A stretch of DNA of 64,000 nt from Phycisphaeraceae bacterium (GCA_963674705.1 OY771506.1:3360001-3424000); one strand, 5' to 3'; positions 37,134 to 47,793 are shown, counted from the stretch's first letter. The notes: generated by a model not told the origin, from the sequence alone. Translations and numbers: made by a program.

Positions 37134-38693
37134 ATGTTCGATCATAAGCACCAACCTGTTACAGCCGTGCGTCTACACGCTTGTGGTCTGCTGGCCGCGA
37201 TGCTGAGTGTGTCGGTTCTGGCTTCTGACGTTTCCGCTCAGATCTGGACGGACCTGACGGGCGGATTGTCGGTTAACAACATTCAGCTCAATCTTCAGGT
37301 CAATACGATTTCGAACATCCCGATCGGCGGGTATCAGCCGTTGGTCGTGACCAGCCTTACGAATGAAGATACCACCGATGATCTGGACTTTTTCGCCTAC
37401 AACACAGACACCTATCTGAGCAACGGCATCAGTGGAGCACATGCACTGGCGTCCAACGGTTCGCCGTATTACCAGGTTGCATTACTGGATACCGGGGCAC
37501 AAGTACACCTGCTGACCCAGGAAGCGATCGCCGGTTTTGACTTTGCTGGTAATAACCTGCTTGGGTCGACGCAATTCTCAGTCGGCGGGGCCGGCGGTTC
37601 GGAGCTTGTGACGATCCATGATCCACTCGGCCTCTATGTGACCAGCCTCGGGAATGCGACAGGCGGCACAAGTCTTTCCGTTGCTACAAATACGTTAGTT
37701 GGTCAGTACAACGTGACCGTGGTTGGGGCGGAGGAGCCGGAGTCAATTTTGCCGGATGTTGTTGGATTACCGCTTGCCAGTCAATACACGACGGTGATAC
37801 GTGCTGATCAGCGTTATGAAGTCGTTGTGGGTTCACAGACGTATGAGTCGCCCAGTGTGGAGTTGTATTCGTTCGGTGATTCGAGCATCCCGGATTACAC
37901 GATGTATGCCCCGTTGTCGTTGCTGCCCGGTTCGGCGTTTGCCAGTTCGCCATTCTTCTTCCCGGGTTTCGATAATCTTGAAGACTTCCATGATAACCCG
38001 TCGCTACCCAGTAGTGTCGCGGGTGCTTTATTCCTGACCGGTAATCTTGCCAACGCTGGAGAAAACATGGAAGGGATCGATATGTTCCTGGATACCGGAG
38101 CGCAGGTGACGGTCATTTCCGAGTTGACCGCTGCGACGCTGGGGATTGATGTGGTGCAGGATGAGCCGGCATTTACCATTGAGATCCAAGGCGCCGGCGG
38201 TGTGGTTCAGGATGTGCCGGGCTTCTATCTCGATTCTTTCGAGCTCGTTACGATCGGCGGCGACTTCATACTTTATGATGTGCCGGTCATCGTGCTGAAC
38301 GTGCTTGATCCGCGTGACGGTGTCAATCCCGTGCCGGCTATTGTCGGGACCAACCTGTTCAGTGACCGCAACATCGTAATCAACCCCGAGGCGGGTAACG
38401 CATATCTGGCGATCAGCGATATCGTGACGATCCTTGGTGATCTTAATTCAGATGGTTTCGTGGGATTGGATGACCTGGACATCATCCTCAACCACTGGAA
38501 CCAGGATGTGACCGAAGGCTATCTGTTATCCGGTGATCCCAGCGGTGATGGATTTGTCGGCCTCGATGATCTGGACATCGTGCTGAGCAATTGGAACGCG
38601 GGTACACCGCCGACCGTCGCCGTCCCCGAGCCCGGGACGTGTTTGATCCTGGTGGGTACGGGCTTACTCACGCTACGGCGTCGCGCGGCGTAA
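37134..38693 (+). CDS. Two-lobed aspartic protease with dockerin-like module and PEP-CTERM
   Basis: AAGGAGG RBS; two LDTGAQ motifs; two GDxxxDGFVGLDDLD repeats; VPEP-TM-RRR. Confidence 0.85.
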   Translation: MFDHKHQPVTAVRLHACGLLAAMLSVSVLASDVSAQIWTDLTGGLSVNNIQLNLQVNTISNIPIGGYQPLVVTSLTNEDTTDDLDFFAYNTDTYLSNGISGAHALASNGSPYYQVALLDTGAQVHLLTQEAIAGFDFAGNNLLGSTQFSVGGAGGSELVTIHDPLGLYVTSLGNATGGTSLSVATNTLVGQYNVTVVGAEEPESILPDVVGLPLASQYTTVIRADQRYEVVVGSQTYESPSVELYSFGDSSIPDYTMYAPLSLLPGSAFASSPFFFPGFDNLEDFHDNPSLPSSVAGALFLTGNLANAGENMEGIDMFLDTGAQVTVISELTAATLGIDVVQDEPAFTIEIQGAGGVVQDVPGFYLDSFELVTIGGDFILYDVPVIVLNVLDPRDGVNPVPAIVGTNLFSDRNIVINPEAGNAYLAISDIVTILGDLNSDGFVGLDDLDIILNHWNQDVTEGYLLSGDPSGDGFVGLDDLDIVLSNWNAGTPPTVAVPEPGTCLILVGTGLLTLRRRAA

Positions 38694-38798
38694 ACCGGCT
38701 TTCGTTACCTCAATTTACAGACTTCTTGGCCACGTGCATGCTTGTGCGTGTATCATGCTGCGCATTGGGTACTTGAACTTTCTGTGGAGTGTGGGCAT

Positions 38799-40595
38799 AT
38801 GCATTCATATCAACGTGTTCGATCGGGCTGGTTGTTTTGTTTGATTCTGCTGCTTTTCGGCGTGCAGGTAAACGCGGATGTCTGGCCGGGGTTTGAGCAG
38901 AGCCCGTTCTTTAATGAGCAGACACGCGAGATGCACTTTGATTCCGGTGTTCGGTTGTTGATTATCGCGCCGGCTCTGGATCGGATCGATCCGGATAAGC
39001 CAAACCGTATCGTATTCTTTGCTACACCCAACGGGAACACGATCGAGCAAACACTCGGCGCAAGGATGACCGACGGCCTGGACTGGCATTACGACATCCA
39101 ACACATCGCGGCGCAGCATCGGCTGTATCAGGAAGCGAACAAGCGTGAAAACCTGGTGCTGGTCTGTCTGCAATCGGATATCAAGAGTTGGCCGAGTTGG
39201 CGAAGTCAAAACGAGAACAACGCGGAGCTGATCCGAGGTATCGTGTCGGATGTGCTTGCGGCGATTCCACTGGACAATCCAACTGTCACGCTTGCATCTC
39301 ACTCCGGCGGCGGCAGCTTCATGTTCGGCTTTATCAACGGCTCAGAAACGATCCCCGGTTGGGTCGACCGCTTCATTTACCTCGATTCCAACTACGGATT
39401 CAGCGATGAAGACGGGCACGGCGAAAAGTTTAAACAGTGGTTAGCGGGTGATCCCGATCGTCGCTTGCTTGTGGTTGCTTATGACGATCGTGAGATCACT
39501 TACCAAGGGAAAAAGGTTGTCAGCCCGACAGGCGGAACCTATCGCGCGACGCACCGCATGCTGGACAGCTTCAAGAAGTATGGCGATATCGTTGAACACG
39601 AGGTGGGCAAGTTCAAGGCATACGATGCGCTCAATGGCCAGGCACGATTGCTTATCCATCCGAACCCGGAAAATATCATCCTGCACACGCGTTTGGTGGG
39701 GGAGATGAACGGGCACCTGTATGGCATGGCGCTGGACACGCCGGAAGATGAAGCATTTAGTGATATCGGCGGGCCGAGAGCGTATATGCAGTGGGTGCAA
39801 CCGTATCCTTACGATCAGGTTGAAGTACAGTCGACGAATGATGTCGGGCTTTCGATCCCGCCTCGCCCGGCCGATGCGATGGCAGGCAGAGCGTTTATGA
39901 AAAGCATAGAAGGCCTGCCTGCGGACGAACGCGATGAAGCGATCCGCAAAGAGTTGTTGCGTGGGAACATGCCTGACTTCATGCGCCACTTTGTAGCGAT
40001 CCACACACGCTCCAAGATCGCTGATGATTCGGAGTTGTCAGCGACGTATGAGGTGAGTCCGGATTACCTGTCGGTTGGGAGTAATGATGATTATGTTCGT
40101 GTGCCTGTTACGCCGATGACTGCCCAGGCGGTTGCAGATGCGTTTGGTTGTGTGCTGCCGACACGGAAGATGGTGGACGATATCTACGACCAGGCGCCGA
40201 TCAAGCTTGCGCCGCTGCCGTTGACAGAAGAGCGTGAGTCTGTCACCTCGTTCTTACAGCACAACGGCCTGATCGAATGGCAACGTGAGGAGGTCCGGGC
40301 GCCTTCAGGCGAGTTGATAGCCGGGATCAAGAAAGATGTCGTCATCACCAATCGCCTGCAAGAGCGGCCGAACCGCGTCGCCATCTACGGCTGGCACAGA
40401 CTCAACGGCAAAGCGATTCAACCTCTGACAATCGTGCATGTCAATACCTATGTCGATTACAGCCACGGCATCCGGCTCGTCAAGAAAACCATGCGCGTGG
40501 GTGAAGCCCCCAAGCCGATCGATGAAGTGCTGGCTGATCCGAGCCTGGCGCCGTTGTTGAGTGATGAGGGGACGATAGAGATACCTCACTATTGA
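38799..40595 (+). CDS. Secreted alpha/beta-hydrolase-like protein fused to an unknown C-terminal domain
   Basis: Signal peptide; SHSGGG nucleophile elbow; C-domain PDYL, KKDVV, IYGWH, DYSHG. Confidence 0.75.
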   Translation: MHSYQRVRSGWLFCLILLLFGVQVNADVWPGFEQSPFFNEQTREMHFDSGVRLLIIAPALDRIDPDKPNRIVFFATPNGNTIEQTLGARMTDGLDWHYDIQHIAAQHRLYQEANKRENLVLVCLQSDIKSWPSWRSQNENNAELIRGIVSDVLAAIPLDNPTVTLASHSGGGSFMFGFINGSETIPGWVDRFIYLDSNYGFSDEDGHGEKFKQWLAGDPDRRLLVVAYDDREITYQGKKVVSPTGGTYRATHRMLDSFKKYGDIVEHEVGKFKAYDALNGQARLLIHPNPENIILHTRLVGEMNGHLYGMALDTPEDEAFSDIGGPRAYMQWVQPYPYDQVEVQSTNDVGLSIPPRPADAMAGRAFMKSIEGLPADERDEAIRKELLRGNMPDFMRHFVAIHTRSKIADDSELSATYEVSPDYLSVGSNDDYVRVPVTPMTAQAVADAFGCVLPTRKMVDDIYDQAPIKLAPLPLTEERESVTSFLQHNGLIEWQREEVRAPSGELIAGIKKDVVITNRLQERPNRVAIYGWHRLNGKAIQPLTIVHVNTYVDYSHGIRLVKKTMRVGEAPKPIDEVLADPSLAPLLSDEGTIEIPHY

Positions 40596-41836
40596 TCAGA
40601 TAACTGCTCTGCAACTTGTTGTGCTTCTCGCATCACACGTAGCAGGTTCCCGCCCGTGATCTTTTTGATATCTTCCTCACTATAGCCGCGATTGAGCAGG
40701 GCCTGGGTGATGTAGGGATAGCCGGAGACATCTTCGAGTTGTGTTGGGAGTTTGCTGACGCCGTCGTAGTCTGAACCGAGGCCGACATGGTCGATGCCGG
40801 CGACTTCGACGATGTGATCGATGTGGTCGATCAGGTCGTAGACGGTACCCGAGGGGTAGGGATTTGCTTCACGCCACGCTTGCCGGGCTTTCTTGTAATC
40901 TTCTTCATCCGGGTATTGTTCGTGCAGTTTGCGATTAACCTCGAACATGTCGGCCATCATTTTTGCGGCGGTCGGTTCGACGTAGCCTGAGAAGAAGACG
41001 ACCATCACGACGCCGTTATTTTCCTTGACCATTTTGAGGACATCGTCGGGGACGTTGCGGTCATGCTGGGCGATGGCGTATGCGCCGGAGTGCGACGCGA
41101 TGATCGGGGCTTTGCTTACCCGCAAAACATCGCGCATGGCGTCGGCGGAGATGTGCGAGATGTCCACGAGCATCCCGAGCTGGTTCATTTCCAGAACGAC
41201 TTGTTCGCCGAATGGCGACAGGCCGCCGCTGATCGGCTTGTCGGTCGCGGAGTCGCACCACGACAGGCTGTCGGAGTGCGTGAGTGTCATGTATCGTGCA
41301 CCTAGTTCGTAGAGCATGCGGAGTGTGCCGAGTGATTCTTCTATCGCCTGACCGCCTTCCACACCGATCATGGATGCGATCTTGCCTTCACCATGGATGC
41401 GTTCGATGTCATCCGCAGAAAATGCCAGTTCGAATGTTTCGGGATAGCGCTGCGTCATCCGGCGGATCAGGTCGATCTGTTCAAGGCAGTACCGGGTAGA
41501 ACCGCCGGACTTTGCATACTCAGATGGTACGTAAGCTGCCCAGAACTGAGCGCCGACGCCGCCGGCACGCAGACGCGGGATGTCGGTCTGCATTTCCGGC
41601 TGTGGTTGAGAGATGTCACGTTCGTCGAACGATGAATGGGCCTTGTTGCGCATCTCGTAAGGCAGGTCGTTATGCCCATCGATCACGATACATGCGGCAT
41701 GAATCCGGCGGCCTTCATCGGTGAGAGTAACATGTTCATCCACTTCTTTCATATCCATCTCCGCATGCACCACGTTTGTGGTGAACAAAATGACCGATGA
41801 TAAAAACCCAACCGATAGAAAGTTCAAGCCGCCCAT
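40589..41836 (-). CDS. Membrane dipeptidase (M19)
   Basis: DGHNDLP, GVEGG, YMTLTH, DISH, SHS, GSDYDG. Confidence 0.94.
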   Translation of the reverse strand: MGGLNFLSVGFLSSVILFTTNVVHAEMDMKEVDEHVTLTDEGRRIHAACIVIDGHNDLPYEMRNKAHSSFDERDISQPQPEMQTDIPRLRAGGVGAQFWAAYVPSEYAKSGGSTRYCLEQIDLIRRMTQRYPETFELAFSADDIERIHGEGKIASMIGVEGGQAIEESLGTLRMLYELGARYMTLTHSDSLSWCDSATDKPISGGLSPFGEQVVLEMNQLGMLVDISHISADAMRDVLRVSKAPIIASHSGAYAIAQHDRNVPDDVLKMVKENNGVVMVVFFSGYVEPTAAKMMADMFEVNRKLHEQYPDEEDYKKARQAWREANPYPSGTVYDLIDHIDHIVEVAGIDHVGLGSDYDGVSKLPTQLEDVSGYPYITQALLNRGYSEEDIKKITGGNLLRVMREAQQVAEQLSDQ

Positions 41837-41913
41837 GCTTTCACTCCGTTATACAGCCAGAAGGAACCAGTGGTAGGTATGATAGCTGGTTTCGAATGAT
41901 CTCTCAGTACCTG

Positions 41914-41947
41914 TAAAAAAGGTGTGACACAAGTGAGCCACACCTTA
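41914..41947 (-). terminator. Intrinsic terminator
   Basis: AAGGTGTG-loop-CACACCTT followed by T run on the minus strand. Confidence 0.65.
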
Positions 41948-41972
41948 ATAGTTCTAAATTATCAGCTTGCCT

Positions 41973-43439
41973 TTATCTGCGTCGCAGACAAGCAAAACCG
42001 GCCAGACCCATGAAGGCAAGTGTTGCCGGTTCCGGGACCGAGGCATCAGCCAAGGGCGGCAGGGGGGCGCCTGCGTTCCAGTTCATCAGGACAACGTCGA
42101 GGTCTGCAAGCCCGACAAAGCCATCACCCGTCGGATCGGCCGCGGGGTCAGCCGGTGGCACGGGCTTGTTCCAGTTGTTCAGCACGATATCCAGGTCGTC
42201 GAGCCCGACGAAGCCGTCACCATTCAGATCACCCTTGAGGAACAGGTCGAGCGCGTCCAGTTCGTCGCCGTAGTTGGTCAGTTCGTTTGTTCCGCTACGC
42301 ACGGTGCCCAGGCCAAGCGCTTCAGCAGCGATGTAGATGCTGGGTGTCCCGGGTCCGCCAGGGATGGGCAGGCTTAGGACATCGCCTTCTTCGATCGGGA
42401 TGCCGTAGAGGCTATCCGGCTGGCCGATGACAGCCGAGCCACGACGCACGGAGAAGAGGATGCGGTCGCTGTCCGGATTGAATTGACCATCACCGTTTTC
42501 TTGGAGGATCAAAGCGTCGAGGTCGTCGGTGTCTTCACCTTCCCTATCTAAACCCAGCAAGGCGGCAGGAGCATATAAGAAGGGTGTCCCACCGACTCGT
42601 GATGCGAGTACATCGGCGCCGGAGAAGCCGTTACCCGGCGCGGTGCCAGCGTTGGGAAGTGGTCCGTCCAGCGGGTCCGGGAATTCCGAATCTAGCGAGA
42701 AGTAGATCAAGCCTTCGAAGTCCGAAGGCAAGGTGTTAATGTCCAAGGCATCGAGGTTGTCCCCTTCGCACTCGAAGCCGCAGCCGAAAGACATAGGCTC
42801 GATCAGGCCAAGGCCACGTATCGGTCCGGCCGGGGAGGGCAGGCCGTTGCCGTCGATGTAGTCCTGATTGCCGGGGCGTAACGCGACCGGAGGCGTTGCT
42901 GTGCGTTCAACCTTCCCGCGATAACGGAACACATCCGCTGCGGCATCCTTAACACCGGTCAGCACGCCCTCGCTAAACACATTCGGCGCTGCGGGCGGCA
43001 GCAGGAAGTCGCCACCGGCCCATTCATCGACGGAGAACATCAATTCGATGCCGTAATCGTGGCCGTAGGACAAGGCGTCAAGTTCAACCGCTTCCTGTGC
43101 GACACCGGGATGGATACCCAGGCCGCCGGGTATGGAGCCCAGTCCGGAGTTGAAAGCTGTAACCATCACGCCGGGAACAGGGAGGACACCGCCCCCAGCA
43201 AACTGCGGTACGTTCGGCCCGATTGGTCCTGGTTTGGATGCAGTGAGGATCGAGCCTTCATCGATTTGGGTGCCCGCCCAGGAATCAGGCGTACCGGTGA
43301 ACGCACCGGGGCCGCCGGCCGTCACGCTCTGCATGTCAATAGAAAACGTCGGACGGACTTGAGCCTGCACGCTTGAAGAAGCGAACAACGCGGATACAAC
43401 ACAGCCAGAGACTAACCCCACGCAAATCATCTGCTTCAT
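41973..43439 (-). CDS. PEP-CTERM protein with repeated LDAL motifs and dockerin-like module
   Basis: GGAGG RBS; signal peptide; four (D/E/N)LDAL motifs; GDLNGDGFVGLDDLD; VPEP-TM-RRR. Confidence 0.85.
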   Translation of the reverse strand: MKQMICVGLVSGCVVSALFASSSVQAQVRPTFSIDMQSVTAGGPGAFTGTPDSWAGTQIDEGSILTASKPGPIGPNVPQFAGGGVLPVPGVMVTAFNSGLGSIPGGLGIHPGVAQEAVELDALSYGHDYGIELMFSVDEWAGGDFLLPPAAPNVFSEGVLTGVKDAAADVFRYRGKVERTATPPVALRPGNQDYIDGNGLPSPAGPIRGLGLIEPMSFGCGFECEGDNLDALDINTLPSDFEGLIYFSLDSEFPDPLDGPLPNAGTAPGNGFSGADVLASRVGGTPFLYAPAALLGLDREGEDTDDLDALILQENGDGQFNPDSDRILFSVRRGSAVIGQPDSLYGIPIEEGDVLSLPIPGGPGTPSIYIAAEALGLGTVRSGTNELTNYGDELDALDLFLKGDLNGDGFVGLDDLDIVLNNWNKPVPPADPAADPTGDGFVGLADLDVVLMNWNAGAPLPPLADASVPEPATLAFMGLAGFACLRRR

Positions 43440-43748
43440 GGTGTACCTCCACCCCGGCATTGGTTTGAAGTGCGGTGACCGGCATACACCTGAAGTGAAA
43501 CTGCCTACACGGCAGTGATCCCCCACAAGCACCCTGATCACCAGCCTGATCGGATCATGTAATGGCAGTATGGCAAACAACCGGGTGAAATTCAAGCATT
43601 AATAAACTATTTACAGAATGATGACATGCACATGAAGTTAGATTTCTGATTCATTGCGAAGACACATCACTCTTATGTCAAGGGTGTGTTAGTACGTTGA
43701 TTGTCTTCCTGTAGGCCTCGAAGTCTACTTGACTTGGCAGTCAGCCGC

Positions 43749-44930
43749 CTACTCTTTGATCATGTCGCCGTAGTGTTCTTTCAGTTTCTCAACCTTCGGT
43801 ATGGCTACCGCGCGGACGTACGGTTGAGATGGATTATTCTCAACATAGTCCTGGTGATATTTTTCAGCCGGATAGAACGCGTCCAACGGCTCCAGGGTCG
43901 TGGCGATAGGGTTACTGAAACGGCCGCTTTCATTCAAGAGCTTGATGTAGGCTTCGGTCGCGGCTTTCTGCGCTTCGCTGGCGTAGAACACAGACGATCG
44001 GTATTGCGTGCCAACATCGTTGCCTTGGCGGTTGACTTGCGTCGGGTCGTGGGCGATGAAGAAGAACAATTCCATCAGCTTCACGTAGCTGACCTTGGTT
44101 GGGTCGTAAGTGATCTTGATAGCCTCGGCGTGACCGGTGGAGCCGGTGCTGACCTGGTTGTAGTCGGCAGTTTCGGCGCTGCCGCCTGCATAGCCGCTTT
44201 CTACACTGCTAACACCTTCCAGCGGCTGGAAGACCGCTTCGGTACACCAGAAGCATCCGCCTGCAAATACGGCCGTCGCATTGCCGTTCTCATCCGTTTT
44301 AGGCTGATAGGCAAACGGGTCCGCCATTTTGCTGAGTTCTTCGCTGGGCGTGAAGTTCAATGATTCGCTGTTGAGGCAGTGACGTTTGCCGGTGGGCGGT
44401 GGGCCGTCATCGAAAACGTGGCCGAGGTGACCGTCGCAGCGGGCGCAGCGGATTTCGGTGCGCACCATGCCGTAACTTTCATCCTGGTACTCCGCGATGT
44501 TTTCATCGGCGACGGGTGCATAGAAGCTGGGCCAGCCGGTGCCGGATTTGAACTTGGCATCTGAGGAATACAGAGGCAAGCCACAACCGGCGCAGGTGTA
44601 AACACCAGCTTCCTTGTTATCCAGCAGCAGGCCGCAGAAAGGTTGCTCGGTGCCTGCGCGGCGAAGGATTTTGTACTGTTCCGCGGTCAGTTGAGCTTTC
44701 CATGCCTCGTCGGTCTTGACGACCTTCGGAGAGTCGATCGGGCCGACCAGCTCGCCTTCGGCGTTAATCATTTTAACCTTGATGGTCGCGTCTTCTTCGT
44801 AGGGTTGGGCCATTTCGTTACTTCCAGCAAAAGCCAAGCCATTCAACCAGCCGTGACGGATACCTGTCATCAACACATACACAGCCACGGCCAGAACTAC
44901 CAGCATGATAAGGGGGCGTAAGGTGTTCAT
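43749..44930 (-). CDS. msrAB: Bifunctional MsrB-MsrA methionine sulfoxide reductase with N-terminal membrane anchor
   Basis: GTGWPSF, HLGHVF, RHCLNS (MsrB); [18 protein letters not shown] (MsrA). Confidence 0.95.
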   Translation of the reverse strand: MNTLRPLIMLVVLAVAVYVLMTGIRHGWLNGLAFAGSNEMAQPYEEDATIKVKMINAEGELVGPIDSPKVVKTDEAWKAQLTAEQYKILRRAGTEQPFCGLLLDNKEAGVYTCAGCGLPLYSSDAKFKSGTGWPSFYAPVADENIAEYQDESYGMVRTEIRCARCDGHLGHVFDDGPPPTGKRHCLNSESLNFTPSEELSKMADPFAYQPKTDENGNATAVFAGGCFWCTEAVFQPLEGVSSVESGYAGGSAETADYNQVSTGSTGHAEAIKITYDPTKVSYVKLMELFFFIAHDPTQVNRQGNDVGTQYRSSVFYASEAQKAATEAYIKLLNESGRFSNPIATTLEPLDAFYPAEKYHQDYVENNPSQPYVRAVAIPKVEKLKEHYGDMIKE

Positions 44931-45028
44931 ATATTAAATAATCGACGAGTAAGGCTGTTTATTCCCGGTCGATTATATGCCCGATATACAAGGTTTTATG
45001 TGCTTTGTAATACGCGACTTCTTCGGCT

Positions 45029-46420
45029 TTACAAATAAAGCACCTGCAGATCCGTCTTGGGGTAGTAATGGGCACAGATTTCATCGACGCTCTTGCCGGT
45101 CAGAGCCATGCCCAGGGCTCCGATCTGGCACAAACCCGCGCCGTGTCCCCAGCCCGCGCCGCGCAACGTGATGGACTTGATTGCACCTGCATTGTCGCGA
45201 TCGATTCTGACACGGAATGCGCTGCTATACAGGAAGCCACGGTGCATGACTTCACGGATAGCGTATTCGGATGTCAGTTCGTGTGATTCGCTGTTACCAG
45301 ATTCGTCCAGCCAATCCAGACGCAGGCGACTGGCTCGGCCGCTTAAGCCACGTGACAGCACAACAATGTCGCACAGTTCTTTAAGCGATGATGCTGCCGG
45401 CAGCTTGTCACGCAGGACGGATTCCAATTCAGAACGGGTGTATTGAACTGTCCAGCGGAAGTAGTCGTCCACTTCATCAACACGGCCGAGGTATTTGCGA
45501 ATGATGTCCAGCGAGACAACGTGCGTGCTGCAATAGGCTTTGGTGTCCTTGAGCCAGTCGCCGTCGAGGTACGCGTCGAGGTTCTCTTCGGTGACGGGCA
45601 TGAATTCGCGTACCGGATCATCAGCGGGCGCATCGACGATGCAGTCGATCCCGGGCTTCGGATCACCCCAGACGTGTTCGGCCAGTTCGGTAACCCCGCC
45701 ACAGCTCTTGTAATAATTGGCATCCAGCACCTTGCCGTCGGGCGCCATCAATACCTGGCCGCGCGTGCCGCTGACCGCATCGATCGCTGCCTGACTCAGG
45801 TCATCTGTCCCTTGGTAGCGTTGGCAGCAGTCGTCGTTGCAACGGTCGAACGGATCGTCATCGTGTTTGGCTTCGGTCATCGCCAGCAGCCAGGAGCGTG
45901 CGACGACGCACTGGGCCTTAAGGAATTCGACCGGGCATGCACCGCTCATCTCGGCGGTAATTACTCCGACCAGGTAATCTTCAAGGGGTAATTCATTGAC
46001 CACGACGATCCCCCCCGGCGCTGCGGTCAGGATGAGCGAGCCGGCGTAAGTCTGGTCAACGTGTTTTTGCCAGTGGAAACCGCGGCCGGCGACGACGCCT
46101 CGCACGGTGATACCAGCACCCGGTTTCATCGGCACTGTCTCAACCGGGTCCAGGCGGATCTGCTTATAGCCGCCGAGTGCCTTGCCAGCCCATTTAATCG
46201 AAACCTCGTCCCCGTGATGATCCACACGCATCGAGACGTTGGACAGGTTTTCGACGACGATGCCGGTTTCACCGCTGATGGTGTACTTAATGTCAGCGGG
46301 TAGTTGGACTTCAACCGGGTCGGCTTTATCTTCCGCTAGCACCACGCCGATTTTCACGACCGGTTCAGCATTCGATTTGGGGGTCCACTGGCGGATACTC
46401 AGGCTTTGAGGCTGGGGCAT
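45029..46420 (-). CDS. SpoIID/LytB domain protein
   Basis: VNELPLEDYLVGVITAEM, LKAQCVVARS, CQRYQG, GAGWGHGAGLCQIGA, HYYP. Confidence 0.9.
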   Translation of the reverse strand: MPQPQSLSIRQWTPKSNAEPVVKIGVVLAEDKADPVEVQLPADIKYTISGETGIVVENLSNVSMRVDHHGDEVSIKWAGKALGGYKQIRLDPVETVPMKPGAGITVRGVVAGRGFHWQKHVDQTYAGSLILTAAPGGIVVVNELPLEDYLVGVITAEMSGACPVEFLKAQCVVARSWLLAMTEAKHDDDPFDRCNDDCCQRYQGTDDLSQAAIDAVSGTRGQVLMAPDGKVLDANYYKSCGGVTELAEHVWGDPKPGIDCIVDAPADDPVREFMPVTEENLDAYLDGDWLKDTKAYCSTHVVSLDIIRKYLGRVDEVDDYFRWTVQYTRSELESVLRDKLPAASSLKELCDIVVLSRGLSGRASRLRLDWLDESGNSESHELTSEYAIREVMHRGFLYSSAFRVRIDRDNAGAIKSITLRGAGWGHGAGLCQIGALGMALTGKSVDEICAHYYPKTDLQVLYL

Positions 46421-46686
46421 TAGATTCTCTTATCTCAGGGGGAATTCACGCATGAGTCACATCACATGCGGCAGAGGGGATTATGGGAAGTGATCCCGGT
46501 GGCTGTCAAACAGGAATATTTGGCAATGATGATGTAAGTGCATATTAGCAAATAAATTGCGCTCAACATTTTCGCCGGGAAGTGCTTGAGTCTAAAGATA
46601 TGTGAGGTATACTTGGTGAACGTGTCTTGAATTCGCATGGCCAAGAAGCAAAGGGCGGGGATTGAGTCCCTTCTAAGGAAGATATT

Positions 46687-47505
46687 GTGAATCGAGTAAG
46701 CCGCTACCGTCTGCTCAGTGCATGTGTTTTGAGCATGCTGTCTGTTTCGTTCTTTTGTGGATCAGCACACGGCTTTGTGGTCGATCCCAACAACACGGTC
46801 TCTGGTGTTGTCGCAAACAAACTGATTGCCAATGGTAATGGTGCTGACTGGTTGAGTGCGGCGTTGCTACTCGAACTTGATTCGGGATATGTCTACAACG
46901 ATCCCACCTTGGATTCGCAGCAGCCGCAACAAAATATCTGGGGCATCTTTCCTGATCTGGAGTTCGATTCATGGGTGGGGGTGCCCGGTGACAGCACATC
47001 TTCCATCCTGGGATCGGCAACCGATTTAGGGGATGCGGTCGGGCCGGCGGTGATCGCGAATCAAAAAGTCAGTGTTGCCTGGTACAACACAAGTTCATCG
47101 AATACCGGGCCGACACGTATTGCCAACATATCACTGAGCGATGATGCGCAAGGCACATTTTCCATCCGCGCAAGTTTCTCAGGTCCAGAGCCGGTTGTGT
47201 TGTTTGATACCGGTTGGGTTATAGACGGTGTTGCCTACTTTGACTTGCCCGGTGATGTGGATGGGGATGGGTTTGTTGGCTTAAGCGATCTTGACATCAT
47301 CCTTGCTTCCTGGAACCAGACTGTCCCGCCGGGCAGTTCGCTGGCGGATTTGACGAACGACGATTATGTCGGGTTGGATGATCTTGACATCGTGCTCAAC
47401 CACTGGAATATCGGCACGCCGCCGACGGTTGCGGTGCCCGAGCCGGTGTCTGCTTCGATGCTGGGGTTGGGGGTGGTCTGGATAGCTGGCTGCCGACGCC
47501 GTTAA
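46687..47505 (+). CDS. PEP-CTERM protein with dockerin-like module
   Basis: Signal peptide; GDVDGDGFVGLSDLD; VPEP-TM-RRR. Confidence 0.85.
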   Translation: MNRVSRYRLLSACVLSMLSVSFFCGSAHGFVVDPNNTVSGVVANKLIANGNGADWLSAALLLELDSGYVYNDPTLDSQQPQQNIWGIFPDLEFDSWVGVPGDSTSSILGSATDLGDAVGPAVIANQKVSVAWYNTSSSNTGPTRIANISLSDDAQGTFSIRASFSGPEPVVLFDTGWVIDGVAYFDLPGDVDGDGFVGLSDLDIILASWNQTVPPGSSLADLTNDDYVGLDDLDIVLNHWNIGTPPTVAVPEPVSASMLGLGVVWIAGCRRR

Positions 47506-47521
47506 GGGCAGGCAAACGCAA

Positions 47522-47594
47522 TGGGAGTGGCAGGATTCGAACCCGCGACCGAGCGATTATGAGTCGCCTGCTCTAACCACTGAGCTACACTCCC
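47522..47594 (-). tRNA. tRNA with CAT anticodon, probably tRNA-Ile2 (lysidine)
   Basis: TAGCTCAGTGGTTAGAGCAGGCGACTCATAATCGC resembles ileX-type tRNAs; paired 1-72 position; no three G-C anticodon-stem pairs. Confidence 0.88.
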
Positions 47595-47691
47595 GGTCAG
47601 GGGATACAGTATAGCGAACACACAGGGACGTTGGGGGGGTGATGGTTCGGTGATAGAATCAGCACATAGAGATCGCAGGAATCATTTTGTT

Positions 47692-47793
47692 CCGATACCC
47701 GATACCCGAAAACCACCCGGCCCTTCGCTTCGCTCAGAACCGGCGTTGGCTCTGACAAGACCCTAAACCCCAGACCTCAGACCCTATACCCCG
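47692..47793. repeat. CCCGATA and AGACCCT heptamer arrays around a third copy of the 8119 unit
   Basis: CCACCCGGCCCTTCGCTTCGCTCAGAACCGGCGTTGG at 47713-47749. Confidence 0.75.

Noticed and set aside
37067..43528. Shared TTGTGGGGGA upstream of two PEP-CTERM genes (37067 and 43519)
   Set aside because: Only two of seven genes, at different distances; plausible by chance
47522..47594. tRNA-Met or fMet assignment
   Set aside because: Lacks initiator hallmarks, and the D and anticodon arms resemble ileX-type tRNA-Ile2; elongator Met is not fully excluded
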